Source of the DNA: Candidatus Marinacidobacterales bacterium
Lineage (GTDB): Bacteria > Acidobacteriota > Vicinamibacteria > Marinacidobacterales > SMYC01
Reading direction: 5' to 3'
Length of the DNA stretch: 64,000 nucleotides
Assembly: GCA_965237955.1 (NCBI GenBank)
Contig: OZ250169.1
Span: forward strand, 992,001 to 1,056,000
Position 1 is the first letter of the stretch, and each line of letters begins with the position of its first letter. The position numbers and the translations under genes were made by a program. The notes beneath the pieces are model-generated. The model was not told the DNA's origin, searched no databases, and saw only the letters and a program-made list of their open reading frames with translations. Of this stretch, positions 46,750-59,299 are shown piece by piece.

Positions 46750-48576
46750 GCGGCGCTCATCGCGGCCGGCAACACCGCCGTGGCCGACCCGGCGCAGATC
46801 TGGGGCAACCCGACGATCGAGGACGATCTGAAGCTCTTCGGCAACTTCGGCTACCTGCACACTAACGGCCTGCAGTTCTACGGCCATGCCAACTACGCCG
46901 ACAAAAAGGTGACCGAAGGCTTCTATTTCCGGAATCCCAACTCGCGGCAGAACATCTACAGCCTCGATGGAGGCGAGACGCTGCTCATCGGCGACATGCT
47001 CGCCGCGAACGGCATGGGCTCCGCCAACTGCCCCACCGTGAGGATCACCGACAACGTGCCGGATCAGGCAGCCCTCGAGCAGGTGTTCGCCGACCCCAAC
47101 TGCTTCTCCTTTCAAGAGATCGCGCCTGGAGGCTTCACCCCACAGTTCGGCGGCCACGTGAGCGACATGTCGGGGGTCGCCGGGCTGCGCCGGCTCGCAG
47201 CCAACGGCCTGACCTGGGATGCGAGCGCCAGCTACGGCGCCCACCAGTCGGACTTCTTCTTCAATAACACCGTCAACGCGTCGCTCGGCCCCGACACCCC
47301 GCGCGACTTCGACCCGGGTCTGTACCGGCAGGAGGAGATCAATCTCAACTTCGACCTCTCCTATGCCGCCAGCGACATGATCAACGTCGCCGGCGGCGCC
47401 GAGTGGCGTGACGAGCGCTTCACGATCGGGGCCGGCGGACGGCCGTCGTGGGACGTCGGCCCGTACGCCGCGCAGGGCTTCGTCTCCGGCTCCAACGGCT
47501 TTCCCGGATTTCCCGACTATACGGCCGGCACTTGGACCCGCAGCAACGTCGCGCTCTACGGCGACGTCGAGCTGCGGGGCCCCGATGACCGGTGGGCGGT
47601 CGGCGGTGCTGTCAGGTTCGAGCACTTCGACATCTTCGGCGCCACGACGAACGGCAAGCTGTCGGTCCGTTACGGGCTGGGCGACGCCGTCTCGGTGCGT
47701 GGCGGCGTGAGCACCGGGTTCCGCGCGCCGACGCCCGGCCAGCAGAACACGCTCAACGTACAGACGACCATCGACCCTGAGACACTGGAACTGGTCGACA
47801 GCGCCAACGTGCCGTCCACCTTCAGGGCCGCGGAGTTGCGGGGCGGCCAGCCGCTCCAGCCCGAGACGTCGTTCAACTCGACGGTCGGGCTGGTCGTCGA
47901 TACCGGGCCGTTCACGTTGACCGCCGACTACTTCCGCGTCGATGTCTCCAATCGCCTCGCCCTGTCGCAGACCTTCACGCTCACGACGGACGAACGCGCG
48001 CTCCTTCTGTCAGAAGGCATCACCTCGGCGGGCACTCTGGCCTTCTTCCGGTTCTTCATCAACGACTTCTCGAGCCGGACTCAGGGGATCGACCTCGTCT
48101 CGACCTACACGCCCCCCGCATTCGCCGGCGACACGGTCTTCAGCGTCACCATGAACTACACCGACACGGCGGTAACGAAGGAATCGGACCTGCTCGGCCC
48201 CGGCAATATTCTCGGTCTGACGCGAGGCGTGCCCAAGACCCGTTGGAACGTCGCCCTCAGCCAGCGCGTCGGGCGGGTGGGCCTGCTCGGCCGCCTGAAC
48301 TATTACGGCTCCTGGGTCGACCACTTCGACGCACGGTTCGTCCGCGGCCCGGCCGCGCCGGTTCTGGACGGCCGGTACATCGTCGACCTTGAGGCCAGCA
48401 TCCCACTCGCCAACGAGGTGACGCTGGCGGTCGGTGGCCAAAACATATTTGACGTTTTCTCGGACAGGATGGACCTTTTCGCTGCCGAGTTCGGCCTCCC
48501 CTACAGCCAGTTCACGCCGTGGGGTTTAAGTGGCGGGTACTACTACGCCCGCATCAACTACCAGTGGGGCCACTAG
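46750..48576 (+). pseudogene. TonB-dependent receptor, 5'-truncated
   Basis: STGFRAPT, LQPETS, GGQNIFD, terminal YYARINYQW; plug domain missing. Confidence 0.85.
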
Positions 48577-48586
48577 CTGTCATCAA

Positions 48587-48646
48587 TCTATTCCGAAACG
48601 TCCCGGCGTGCCGATCTTGAGTTCGTTTGTATTTTTGGACACGACG
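48587..48646 (-). repeat. Solo B end
   Basis: Matches 60592-60651. Confidence 0.85.
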
Positions 48647-48891
48647 CGTTCGCCGGCACAGGCAGGCCAACTGAAGCAACACTTGATGGCAGAAGCACCG
48701 AAATCAAGCTGTCGTGTGATAGATTCTTGGGTCCGGAAACCGATGCAACGTGTCCACGGGCTTGAGAAATGCCAGGAATTTGAGAGGTTTCAATGAAAGA
48801 CAATAAAACGATTGCCGAGCTGACATCGGAGTTGGTGGCACAGGTGGAGAAGCTGCTGCATAAGCTAGTTCCACGAATCACCGCTGTTCTT

Positions 48892-49060
48892 GCTGAGCCG
48901 GACGCTGCTGAGCCGGACGCTGCCAAGCCGGACGCTGCTGAGCCGGAGGCTGCTGAGCCGGACGCTGCTGAGCCGGACGCTGCCGAGCCAGAGGCTGCCG
49001 AGCCAGAGGCTGCTGAGCCAGAGGTGCTGAGCCGGAGGCTGCTGAGCCGGAGGCTGCTGA
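48892..49060 (+). repeat. 15-bp tandem repeat, about 11 units (AAEPD/E), within ORF 48793..49179
   Basis: GCTGAGCCGGA(C/G)GCT units; one unit is 14 bp. Confidence 0.9.
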
Positions 49061-49208
49061 CGATGGCGATTCGCAATCCCCGGAAGACCGCGCAAAGTAA
49101 TGGAGGGCATAGAACTGAGGCAGGGGATATGATTCTTCCCCCGAACGCTGCGGGGATAGAACCCTTCTTCTACCGATGATTAAGTCGAAACCCTCGGCCA
49201 GAGCGGGG

Positions 49209-49474
49209 AAGCTCGGCTCGGCAAACGAAAGTGGCACACAGAATCGGGCTACAGCAAACGGAGCAAAGTCGAGACAACGTTCCATCGCTACAAGGCTATC
49301 GTGGGCTCAGCAATGCGAGCGAGAGGGCTGGCGGCACAGAGAGTCGAGGCAAGGATCGGGTGCAAGATTCTCAACACGATGACGGCGCTCGGGATGCCTG
49401 ATAGCGAGATGATCGGATGATGGGAGTCGGGGCCAAGCGAGTTCTCGGCCTCTATCGGAGTTGTGCACCAAGGC
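49209..49474 (+). mobile_element. IS5-family 3' fragment
   Basis: Near-identical to 27861-28126. Confidence 0.85.
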
Positions 49475-50152
49475 AGCAGATCTCCGGCCAGGATGGCCCA
49501 GAATGAGCGGCGGTGAGGTGATGTTCCACTACACCCTATCAACCTGCCACACAGAGAAGACGCCACGCTCGGATGTACGACTCGAGACGCTGGCCGCATT
49601 GCGTTCTACCGTCGAGGTAGCCATCGGTGGCAAGGCGGTGCCATTGCCAGGATTCCCCTATTACGCGCTCAGCATCAGGAACACCTGGACCGGCGCGGTG
49701 GGCTGGCTTATCGAGGGAGCCGAGCGGCGCGTCCTGGTTCGTTGCGTGACCGCCTGGACGGGCGGGGGCGTGACGAAGGGCTTGGCCTGGTTGGCGGCGA
49801 CACTACCGGCGGATCTGGCTCTAGAGTTTCCCTGCTGTCTGGTCAAGCCTGGAGTAGCATTCCTTAAGGATTCCGGCGCGGCTAGTTGTCTTGATGACGC
49901 GGAACGTTGCATTAGCTGGGCGCTCGTCGATGCGAGCGCGCCCGACCCCGAGACGGCGGCCTGATTCGAGGCCAGGGTGGGTTGTCCATCATCATTATTA
50001 GTCCGGGACTGGACTCTAGGGTCCGGACCGCTGTCCCTTCCATAAACTTGAGCTGCATGAGATTGTCAAACTGCCTGCAACCAGGACGCTCTGGTCATCT
50101 TCATGTAGGACGTTTTGAGAGCCGGCGTCGGCTCTACTCAGGGGTAGAGGTG

Positions 50153-51479
<1,327 letters not shown>

Positions 51480-51689
51480 GTGTAAGCTGGTGCGAAGTTC
51501 TGCAGCCGTCCCGAGCAGATCGGACTCAAGCAGCGCGTCGAGTGTAATAATGATGGAGACCACCAACCTTTGGAATGGCGTCCTGTGCCGAAACTCGGCC
51601 CTTTTGAATGGTTGGAGAAGATTGTGATCCGCAAAAAAAGGAAGAACGCGTATCGGCGGGCAGAAGAAAACGCCCCCGATGCCGACACC

Positions 51690-51850
51690 CCATTAGACTG
51701 GACTTTGCGGCGCAAAAGAGCGAACGTCGGGTGATGCTGAAGGATACAGGGGTTAGCCAGGAATGTCGTTCTGGACGGTTTGGACCTCGCCAGCCTGCGG
51801 CGGGTCTGGGAGCAGACCTCTGGGGCTGCTCCTCCACGTTCGCTCTCAAG
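51690..51850 (+). pseudogene. Second, degenerate DUF2924 5' remnant
   Basis: Similar to 58103-58260. Confidence 0.65.
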
Positions 51851-51868
51851 CGCGAGAGGAACTAATAA

Positions 51869-52753
51869 ATGCCGTCCGATTCGGAAGACCGGAACATCGA
51901 GCAGCCGGAAGAAAGTGCGGTTTCCGAACCCGTCCTGACGGACGATGGCGAGTCCCTCCGGCATTGGCTCCTCGTCCCTGCCGGAGTCGTCGGGATTGCT
52001 TTTGTCGTGGGAATCGTCCTGTACTTTCTCCTTACTGGCGGAGGTATCGACGAGGCTCCCGACGCACTCGAGGCGCCGACGAGCACCGTGGCAGAGCCGG
52101 CTGCGCCACCGTCCGGCGAGACGGGAGCTCTCCCCGAGGCGGCGCCGATCGTTTTGCCACCGCTGTCCACCAGCGATGACTTCGTCCGCGCGATGGTCGA
52201 GAAGCTCTCCGCACATCCCGTGCTGGCGTCGTTTGTGGTGACCGAGCAGCTCGTTCGCAAAGCGGTGGTCGTCGTGGCCAACGTTGCGGAAGGGCTCAGC
52301 CCGGCTCGTTTGTTCCCGCATCTACGACCGGAGGAGCGGTTCGAGGTCGCCTCCCACTCGGGCCGACTCGTCATCGACGCGGAGAGCTACCATCGATATA
52401 ACACGTACGTCGACCTCCTCGTTTCCCTCGATTCTGCTGGCCTCGTCGAAACGTACCGCAATGTGAGACCCCTGATCGACGAGGCGTATCAGGAACTCGG
52501 CTACGGCGAGCAGCCATTCGAGGACGTTCTGACCATGGCCTTCGCGGTCGTTCTGAAAACACCCATTGTTCGGGGTGATATGGCCGTCGAGACAGTAAGC
52601 GTCAACTACACTTACTCCGAGCAGTGGATCGAAGACCTCCCGCCCGTTCAGAGACAGCTTCTTCGCATGGGACCGGACAACGTCCAGCGGATCCAGGCGA
52701 AGCTACGGGAGATCGCGGTCGAGTTCGGTCTTCGTCTGCCCGCCGAGGGCTGA
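51869..52753 (+). CDS. DUF3014-domain membrane protein
   Basis: LPPLSTSDDFVR, SYHRY, PLIDEAYQELGY, QRQLLRMGPDN. Confidence 0.85.
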   Translation: MPSDSEDRNIEQPEESAVSEPVLTDDGESLRHWLLVPAGVVGIAFVVGIVLYFLLTGGGIDEAPDALEAPTSTVAEPAAPPSGETGALPEAAPIVLPPLSTSDDFVRAMVEKLSAHPVLASFVVTEQLVRKAVVVVANVAEGLSPARLFPHLRPEERFEVASHSGRLVIDAESYHRYNTYVDLLVSLDSAGLVETYRNVRPLIDEAYQELGYGEQPFEDVLTMAFAVVLKTPIVRGDMAVETVSVNYTYSEQWIEDLPPVQRQLLRMGPDNVQRIQAKLREIAVEFGLRLPAEG

Positions 52754-53074
52754 GCCCGCTCCCAGCAGGTGTTTGCTCACTGAATATTTAGAGCCTGCAA
52801 TCTCATTCAATCAGGACTCTGGCGGACAGCCAGTTAGGCTGTGATCCGCAAAAAAGCAGATCCCGTCCTGTGCCAAAACTCGGCCCAGCCGGCATCGACG
52901 AAAGAACTGCGCCTCTCGAAATCAGGCGAAACTCTAGCACACGAACAGGTTACGCGGCGGTCACCAACACTTGACTGCGGAAGCACCTTCGAGCGCGCAG
53001 CCGGACGGTAAGGTCAGGGCAAGGGCAACAACTCCCTCGAATCCTTCACCATCATCACGACGACGGCCTGTCCC

Positions 53075-53270
53075 CGTCCTGTGCCAAAACTCGGCCCTTT
53101 TGAAATAGACCGCAAATCAACAGCTTAGAGGCCCTTGGAATCCGCGCAGAATCCAGGGTATTTCGCGCCGCAGGGCTGGCTTCCGACCCCTGGGCTGCGG
53201 GTGGCGGGCGACAGGCCCACCGGGGGTGCGCACGGCCGGCTCAAATCGGCTGCGGGGCGAGCTTGCAGGC
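53075..53270 (+). repeat. Solo A2 end with about 200-bp subterminal block
   Basis: Matches 57884-58080. Confidence 0.85.
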
Positions 53271-53299
53271 AACGAACTACGCACCCGGAAGGAATACGT

Positions 53300-54096
53300 A
53301 TCCGACCGCGATGCCGGATTCAAGCAACGCGCTTTACCTGCAGGTGCTCCACGGTATGCGGACCGACGATCCGTCGTACGTGGTCAAGGTCGACAAGATG
53401 ACCGGCGAGACGCTGTGGTACATCGAGCGGCCGACGACGGCACGGCGCGAGTCTCCGGATTCTTACACGACGCCGACGTGGCTCGAGTACGACGGCAAGA
53501 CGGAACTCGTCATCACCGGCGGGGATGCGGTCACCGGGCACGATCCCGACACCGGCCGAGAACTCTGGCGCGCGAACGTCCTCAATCCCCAGAACAACGG
53601 GGCCTACCGGATCATCGCCTCGCCGACGATCATGGGCGATCTGATCGTCGCGCCGAGTCGGGTGCGGCCCATGGTCGCGATCCGGCCGGGCGGCAGCGGT
53701 GACATCGGCGACACGCACGTCGCGTGGGAGTTCGACCGAGGCCCCGACGTGCCGACGCCGGTGAGCGCCGGCGAGTATGTCTACGTCGTGACCGACCGCG
53801 GCGTGGCCTACTGTCTGAGGCTCGACACGGGCGAGGTCGTCTACGGCCCCGAGCGTTTGCCGAGCGGCACCTACAGCTCGTCTCCCATCCTCGCCGACGG
53901 CAAGATCTACGTCTCGACCGAGGAGGAGGGCCTGTGGACCGTGTACCGGACCGGGCCGGAATTCGAGATCCTCGCGTCAAACTCGTTCGACGACGGCTGC
54001 ACGCCGTACTGCCTCAGCTCGGTGGCGGTGTCACAGGGCCAGCTGTTCATTCGCTCGAGCGCCAACCTCTGGGTAGTCGGCGAACGTAGACATTAG
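53300..54096 (+). pseudogene. PQQ-like beta-propeller protein, 5'-truncated
   Basis: DKMTGETLW, SYTTP, DPDTGRELW, SSPILADGKIY. Confidence 0.75.
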
Positions 54097-54180
54097 CTGG
54101 TGTCCCCCCAGTCCCCTCTAATCAACCTGGGTCGGGGAGAGATGGGGGAAACGGAAGATCAGTCCATTATCGGCTTCTCG

Positions 54181-54410
54181 TCAACCGTCATCCGTCAGGC
54201 CCAACGTTCGGTCCAGATCTGCGAACTGCTTCGCGTCCTCGAAGCCGGCGACCATCTCCGGCGAGTTCATCGCGTGGTCCATCGCTGCCGCGTCGTCGAA
54301 CCACAACTCACCGATGCTATCCGGGGCGGCCTCCACAGGAGCGGACGTGACGTAGTTCTTAGGTCCTTGGTATAGAGCAGGCGGGCCCTTGGTCAAGGCG
54401 GTGCGGGTGG
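54181..54410 (-). pseudogene. EthD-like fragment
   Basis: DSIGELWFDDAAAMDHAMNSPE...D..QF.D. Confidence 0.55.
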
Positions 54411-54413
54411 CCT

Positions 54414-54678
54414 CAGGGCCGGCGACAAAATAAGTTCCCGTTTTCAAGACGGTCGGATGGTGTAGTTCCATTTGGGTAGAGTCTGGTCCTTTGTAACGGA
54501 AAGCGCCTGCATCCGCTCGTCAGTGATTTTGACGCCCTTCGGATAACGACGCCGGATAAGGTGTGCGCGTACTCGCAAACCGGAAGAGGTGGTGGTCGTG
54601 CGGATGTATTTGAGGATGGTTTCGTAGCTGTCGAGAGGCCTGCCCGCCCAGTTCTTGCTGATCTCGCTGAACAGACGG
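54414..54678 (-). mobile_element. ISAzo13-like transposase C-terminal fragment
   Basis: RLFSEISKNWAGRPL.SYE..TTTSSGLRV..YPKG..WNYTI.P. Confidence 0.8.
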
Positions 54679-54995
54679 CGTCCTGTGCCAAAACTCGGCC
54701 CTCTTGAAATAGCCGATAAATCAGCAGCTTAGCGTCTGTGTTTTGCGACGGTGCCAAGGGCTGTGGGCTTTACAATCGTCTGGCCCGAGGGTGTTATCTT
54801 CGGATCCATCATGACGTACCATGTGCAAATCCTACTGTTGGTCAGGCAGCCGTTGTTCGATCGGGCAGCCCTGCTGCTCACACAGACCTCATGGGTGCTT
54901 CCGCCATTAAGTGTTGGTAAAATGACGCTAAGACTTTGCGGTGCATTAAATTACAGCCATGGTCTTCCAAAAGGGCCGAGTTTTGGCACAGGACG
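54679..54995. mobile_element. Non-autonomous A mini-element (317 bp)
   Basis: Two inverted A ends; degenerate transposase start plus foreign filler. Confidence 0.8.
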
Positions 54996-55092
54996 GGGTG
55001 CCGGGTGTGCAATTTTCGTCCGCCACTAACAGCTCATTGCGAAGCTCCTCGACTTGCCTGGTCGTGAAGACATCCATCCTCCTGCGAACCTC

Positions 55093-55683
55093 TCACTGGG
55101 AACAATGGTCGAGAATCTGCTTCTTGCGCCCCGAACAGCAAGTTTCGGAACTGAAATAGGAAGCCCACAGGATGTCGGCAAACCCCTTGCCCGGCATCGT
55201 GGCTCCCTGCTGCTCCCGGTTCTGCATTAGCGCCGTACCCACGCCGGGAACGTAGGTCAACTCCATGCTGTCTCCCTTCTCCAGGTCCTTTTCAAAGTAG
55301 CCTAGGAAGGTATCGATCTGAGATCGGATACCGGGGGAGCCGCCGGGCGGCAAGTTCTTATCGAGAGCATCTTCGAGCGCGTCGGCCATATTCTTCGCGT
55401 CGACGTCGCGGAGCAGATCGATACGGAGAGATTTTGCCCCATCCATCGAGATCAGCATCTGCGGATCGCAGGTGCGGTTCTCGGCATACGCGCCCATCGT
55501 GTAGACGTCAAGCCACCACCGCTCACGAAGTCCGGCACCGATCAACATGAGAGTCCGGACACCTACCTCTGCCGTGTCCGCGTATGTGTTTCCCTTTACC
55601 GTCTGGGTTTTCGCCGATAGGGGCACTATCGACGACGCCATCAGCACGATGGCGCCCAGCGGCGTCACGGTTCGATTGCTCAT
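55093..55683 (-). CDS. Chalcone-isomerase-like secreted protein
   Basis: Signal peptide, L.GAGLRE.W.LDVY, L.YVPG.GT, G.GFAD.LW. Confidence 0.75.
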   Translation of the reverse strand: MSNRTVTPLGAIVLMASSIVPLSAKTQTVKGNTYADTAEVGVRTLMLIGAGLRERWWLDVYTMGAYAENRTCDPQMLISMDGAKSLRIDLLRDVDAKNMADALEDALDKNLPPGGSPGIRSQIDTFLGYFEKDLEKGDSMELTYVPGVGTALMQNREQQGATMPGKGFADILWASYFSSETCCSGRKKQILDHCSQ

Positions 55684-55760
55684 GGTCTTTTCCTCCGAGG
55701 CTTAGTCAACCTGTCACACCTCGCTCAAAACCACCAGTCGTCGTTGTCGGCGACTCCCCT

Positions 55761-56750
55761 CTAGGGTTCATCGGTCGGCGCCGACGTGTTGATGTCTGGG
55801 TAGAGCCACGAGTGTTCGAGTCCGGCGTGTCGCTTCCCGTATCGTTCCGGTATGTTCTGTGTCCAGTTGCTGGGCAACGTCAGACAGCACACCAGTAAAA
55901 CAACGAGTACGATTCTCTGTAACACGAATGGCGCTTTTTCAGGCGGGGCTTCCACCTCCAGTGCCTCTCTGGCACCACTTCGCAGCCGACCCAGACGCCG
56001 AATGCGCGATCGGATCAAAAAAACGACACCGATCGACACCATGATGAGGTTCAGGGTCTGCCCGGTCCCGAGAGCCAGACGGTGAGTCGGATAGTCGCGA
56101 AACAGATCAATGAATACACGCAAGAACGCATACCAGAAGACGAAACGAGCTGCGGTTGCCCCCGGCGTTGGGTTCATCTTTCGAACACGGAGGAGGAAAG
56201 GCACCAGCAGAAGATTCTTGATGCCGTCATAGAGAACCACCGGATGCCGGATTCCAACTGCGTCGGGAAACCGCACGCCCCACGGCACATCGGTGAGAGC
56301 ACCCACGATCTGGCCGTCGATGAAGTTCCCGATCCTTCCCATTCCCATCAGAAACGAACCGGGGATCACGACTGCATCGAACAGCGCGAGCAGGTCCTTT
56401 CGATAGAGCAAGGCGAAGGAGGTGACAGCTACAGTCGCTCCGAGAAGGACCCCGTGAGACGCCAGGCCCCCAAGCCAGTATGCCGGAATGAGGGTAGGGT
56501 GCGCGCTGTAGAAGGGCCACTCGTCGAATGCGACTTCGATGAGACGCGCCCCGACCAAAACGCCCACCACGATGAAAAGGGTGAGGGTGTATACGTCTCT
56601 GGAAGTGAGTCCGAGCCGAAGCCTGTGGCGGCGCAGAAACAGATGCAAATGCAGGAATCCCAGCGAATAGCTAAGCCCATACCACCAGAGATAGACGCCG
56701 CCCACTTCGGCAATGATCGGATCGACATTATGGACATAGGGTCCGAACAT
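55761..56750 (-). CDS. lgt: Prolipoprotein diacylglyceryl transferase with C-terminal extension
   Basis: IDP, WYGL.Y, GG(L)ASHG, GRIGNFI, PWGV.F, RHP..LY. Confidence 0.85.
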   Translation of the reverse strand: MFGPYVHNVDPIIAEVGGVYLWWYGLSYSLGFLHLHLFLRRHRLRLGLTSRDVYTLTLFIVVGVLVGARLIEVAFDEWPFYSAHPTLIPAYWLGGLASHGVLLGATVAVTSFALLYRKDLLALFDAVVIPGSFLMGMGRIGNFIDGQIVGALTDVPWGVRFPDAVGIRHPVVLYDGIKNLLLVPFLLRVRKMNPTPGATAARFVFWYAFLRVFIDLFRDYPTHRLALGTGQTLNLIMVSIGVVFLIRSRIRRLGRLRSGAREALEVEAPPEKAPFVLQRIVLVVLLVCCLTLPSNWTQNIPERYGKRHAGLEHSWLYPDINTSAPTDEP

Positions 56751-56858
56751 CTTTTAAGCTCCCCGTCCTGTGCCAAAACTCGGCCCTTTTGAAACAGACC
56801 AGCTGGTCGAATCTGTTTGTCGCTTCGTGGTCGGCGCGCTCGGCAACGGCACTCACAC

Positions 56859-57003
56859 ATGATCCAGATCGTTCCTCAACTGAAGGTATTGGTGGCTTGC
56901 GAGCCGGTTGATTTCCGCAAGGGTATCGATTCTTTGGCTTGCGTGTGCCGACAACAATTCCATCTCGATCCGTTCCTCGGCACGTTATTCGTTTTTCGTT
57001 CAT
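56859..57003 (+). pseudogene. IS66 TnpB (orfB) fragment
   Basis: EPVDFRKGIDSL...DPF.G.LFVFR. Confidence 0.75.
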
Positions 57004-57373
57004 TCTCTCCCTCGCGATTCGACGTTACGACCGTCAGGCTCCCCGATGCGCTCTCTACCGTCAGACGGCACATCGTTCCTTCACCCTGAACCGAGTTCAG
57101 CGGAGGCGTCATCATTGCCGCCCGACAAGCCCATCCCGCCCTGTGCCAAAACTCGGCCCTTTTGAAATAGACCATCAATCAGCAGCTTAGTGTCTGTGTT
57201 TGCGACCGGACCAAGGGCCGTAGGCTTTACAATCGTCTGGCCCGAGGATTCAGGATCAAGACGACATTGCCGGTCCTGTAGCGCAGTGCCGGCCAGGCCG
57301 TCTTGCGGGATAATAGACAGAATCAAGTAGCCCGCGCGCATCGGCTCCGCGCAGGGTTCGAATTGGAGGATTT

Positions 57374-57823
57374 ATGGGGATCGATCCTTTAAGAGCTTCC
57401 TCTTCTTCTCGATGGAGTTACTGGAAGACGCCCGTCCTGTTCGGCGTCGGATTTTGTGTTCTGCAAGTCCTGGTCGCTCTTGTCCGGTTCGGCTCCATGG
57501 ATTCTTGGAATCCAGAGGAGTTGCTGTTTGCGATTCCGGCTTTGTTCTCCGGCTTGGTGCTGTTTTTTCTGGGCGGTGTGCTGGTAGGGTTGCTGGTGCA
57601 ACGCCTCTTGAGAGGAGTTGTCGGAGCCTCGCGGAGCGTTTTACTGATCACGCTCGGGGTGGCGACTCCGCTTGCTGTACTGTTCAGCCTCGTCGGCGGA
57701 TTGCTCGGCCCACATATGGTGGTTATCGGCGTTCTCGCTCCGTATCTGCTCCTGGTCGGAATCCCGCTGTTGCTCCGGCAATGCTGGCAGCGTCTCAGAA
57801 ATCGGCCTCGTCCGAAGGAGTGA
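57374..57823 (+). CDS. Four-TM hypothetical membrane protein
   Basis: GGAGG RBS; four hydrophobic segments. Confidence 0.65.
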   Translation: MGIDPLRASSSSRWSYWKTPVLFGVGFCVLQVLVALVRFGSMDSWNPEELLFAIPALFSGLVLFFLGGVLVGLLVQRLLRGVVGASRSVLLITLGVATPLAVLFSLVGGLLGPHMVVIGVLAPYLLLVGIPLLLRQCWQRLRNRPRPKE

Positions 57824-58147
57824 TCCTGCGGGCTTCGGAGAACCGAACGTTCACAGAATCGTTGAAAGGACCTCGTCTGTCCCCGTCCTGTGCCAAAACT
57901 CGGCCCTTTTGAAATAGACCACAAATCAGCAGCTTAGACGCCCTTGGAATCCGCGCAGAATCGAGGGTATTTCGCGCCGCAGGGCTGGCTTCCGACCCCT
58001 GGGCTGCGGGTGGCGAGCGACAGGCCCACCGGGGGTGCGTACGGCTGGCTCAAATCGGCTGTGGGGCAAGCTACGGGCAGTGAGCTTCACACCCGGAAGT
58101 CCCTCATTAGACTGGACTTTATCGAGCAGAAGAGCGAACGTTCGGTG

Positions 58148-58579
58148 ATGCCGCAGGATATAGGGGTTGGCCGGAACGTCGTTTTGGACGGTTTGGACTT
58201 CGCCAGCTTACGGCGGGTCTGGGAGCAGACCTTTGGGGCTGCTCCTCCAAGCTCGCTCTCGCGTATCTTCCTGCGCCGCGTTCTCTTGCACGAACGCCAG
58301 TGCCGGACCCATGGCGGGCTTTCGGCCGCAACCCGGCGCGCTCTGGCTGCCATGGCGAACGAGACACCAAGCTCCGGCGCTCCCGCAGGGTCCGTTTCTG
58401 CCGGCACCCATCTCGTCCGCGAGTGGAATGGCCGGACCTACCAGGTCGAGGTAGTCGACAACGGCTATCGGTTCGATGGCAAAACCTATCCGTCCCTCAC
58501 TACCATCGCAAAGCGAATCACCGGCACCCACTGGTCAGGACCACGCTTTTTCGGTCTCACGCCCAAGCGCAAGGCCTAA
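58148..58579 (+). CDS. DUF2924-domain protein
   Basis: GTHLVREWNG..Y.SL..IA..ITGTHWSGPRFFGL. Confidence 0.88.
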   Translation: MPQDIGVGRNVVLDGLDFASLRRVWEQTFGAAPPSSLSRIFLRRVLLHERQCRTHGGLSAATRRALAAMANETPSSGAPAGSVSAGTHLVREWNGRTYQVEVVDNGYRFDGKTYPSLTTIAKRITGTHWSGPRFFGLTPKRKA

Positions 58580-58580
58580 C

Positions 58581-59299
58581 ATGAAGAAGATCCGCTGTGC
58601 CATCTATACGCGAAAGAGCGCGGAAGAAGGTCTCGAGCAGGAGTTCAACTCCCTCGATGCGCAGCGAGAAGCCTGCGCCGCGTATGTCGCGAGCCAGAAA
58701 GCGGAGGGCTGGGTGCTGCTGCCAACCGTCTACGAGGACGCGGGGCTCTCGGGAGGAACCCTGGAGCGCCCGGGCCTGCAGCGCTTGCTCGACGACATCG
58801 ACGCAGGTCTCGTCGACCGGATTGTGGTCTACAAGGTCGACCGACTGACCCGTTCCCTCTCCGACTTTGCGAAGCTCGTCGAACGGCTCGAGGCGGCCGG
58901 CGCGGTTTTCGTCTCGGTGACTCAGTCCTTCAACACCGCGACCAGCATGGGACGACTGACGCTGCATATGCTGCTGTCCTTCGCACAATTCGAACGCGAG
59001 GTCACGGCCGAGCGGATCCGCGATAAGGTCGCTGCCTCCAAGCGCAAGGGACTATGGATGGGCGGCCGCGTGCCGCTCGGCTATGAGAAGGACGGGCGCA
59101 CGCTGTGCATCAACGAGGCTGAGGCCAAAACGGTCCGGACGCTCTATGCGCTGTACCGGAAGCACGGAACGCTCCGGCAGATGAAGGCCGAGGCGGACCG
59201 TCTGAGACTGCGCACCAAGCAACGCTTCGCCGCGGATGGAACCCGGACTGGCGGGCTGCCGTTCCGTCGCGGACACCTCCACTGCCTGCTGACCAATCC
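58581..59299 (+). pseudogene. Large serine recombinase N-terminal part, cut by a B element
   Basis: CAIYTRKS.EEGLEQEFNSL, YKVDRLTRS, FAQFERE, G.WMGG.VPLGY. Confidence 0.88.
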
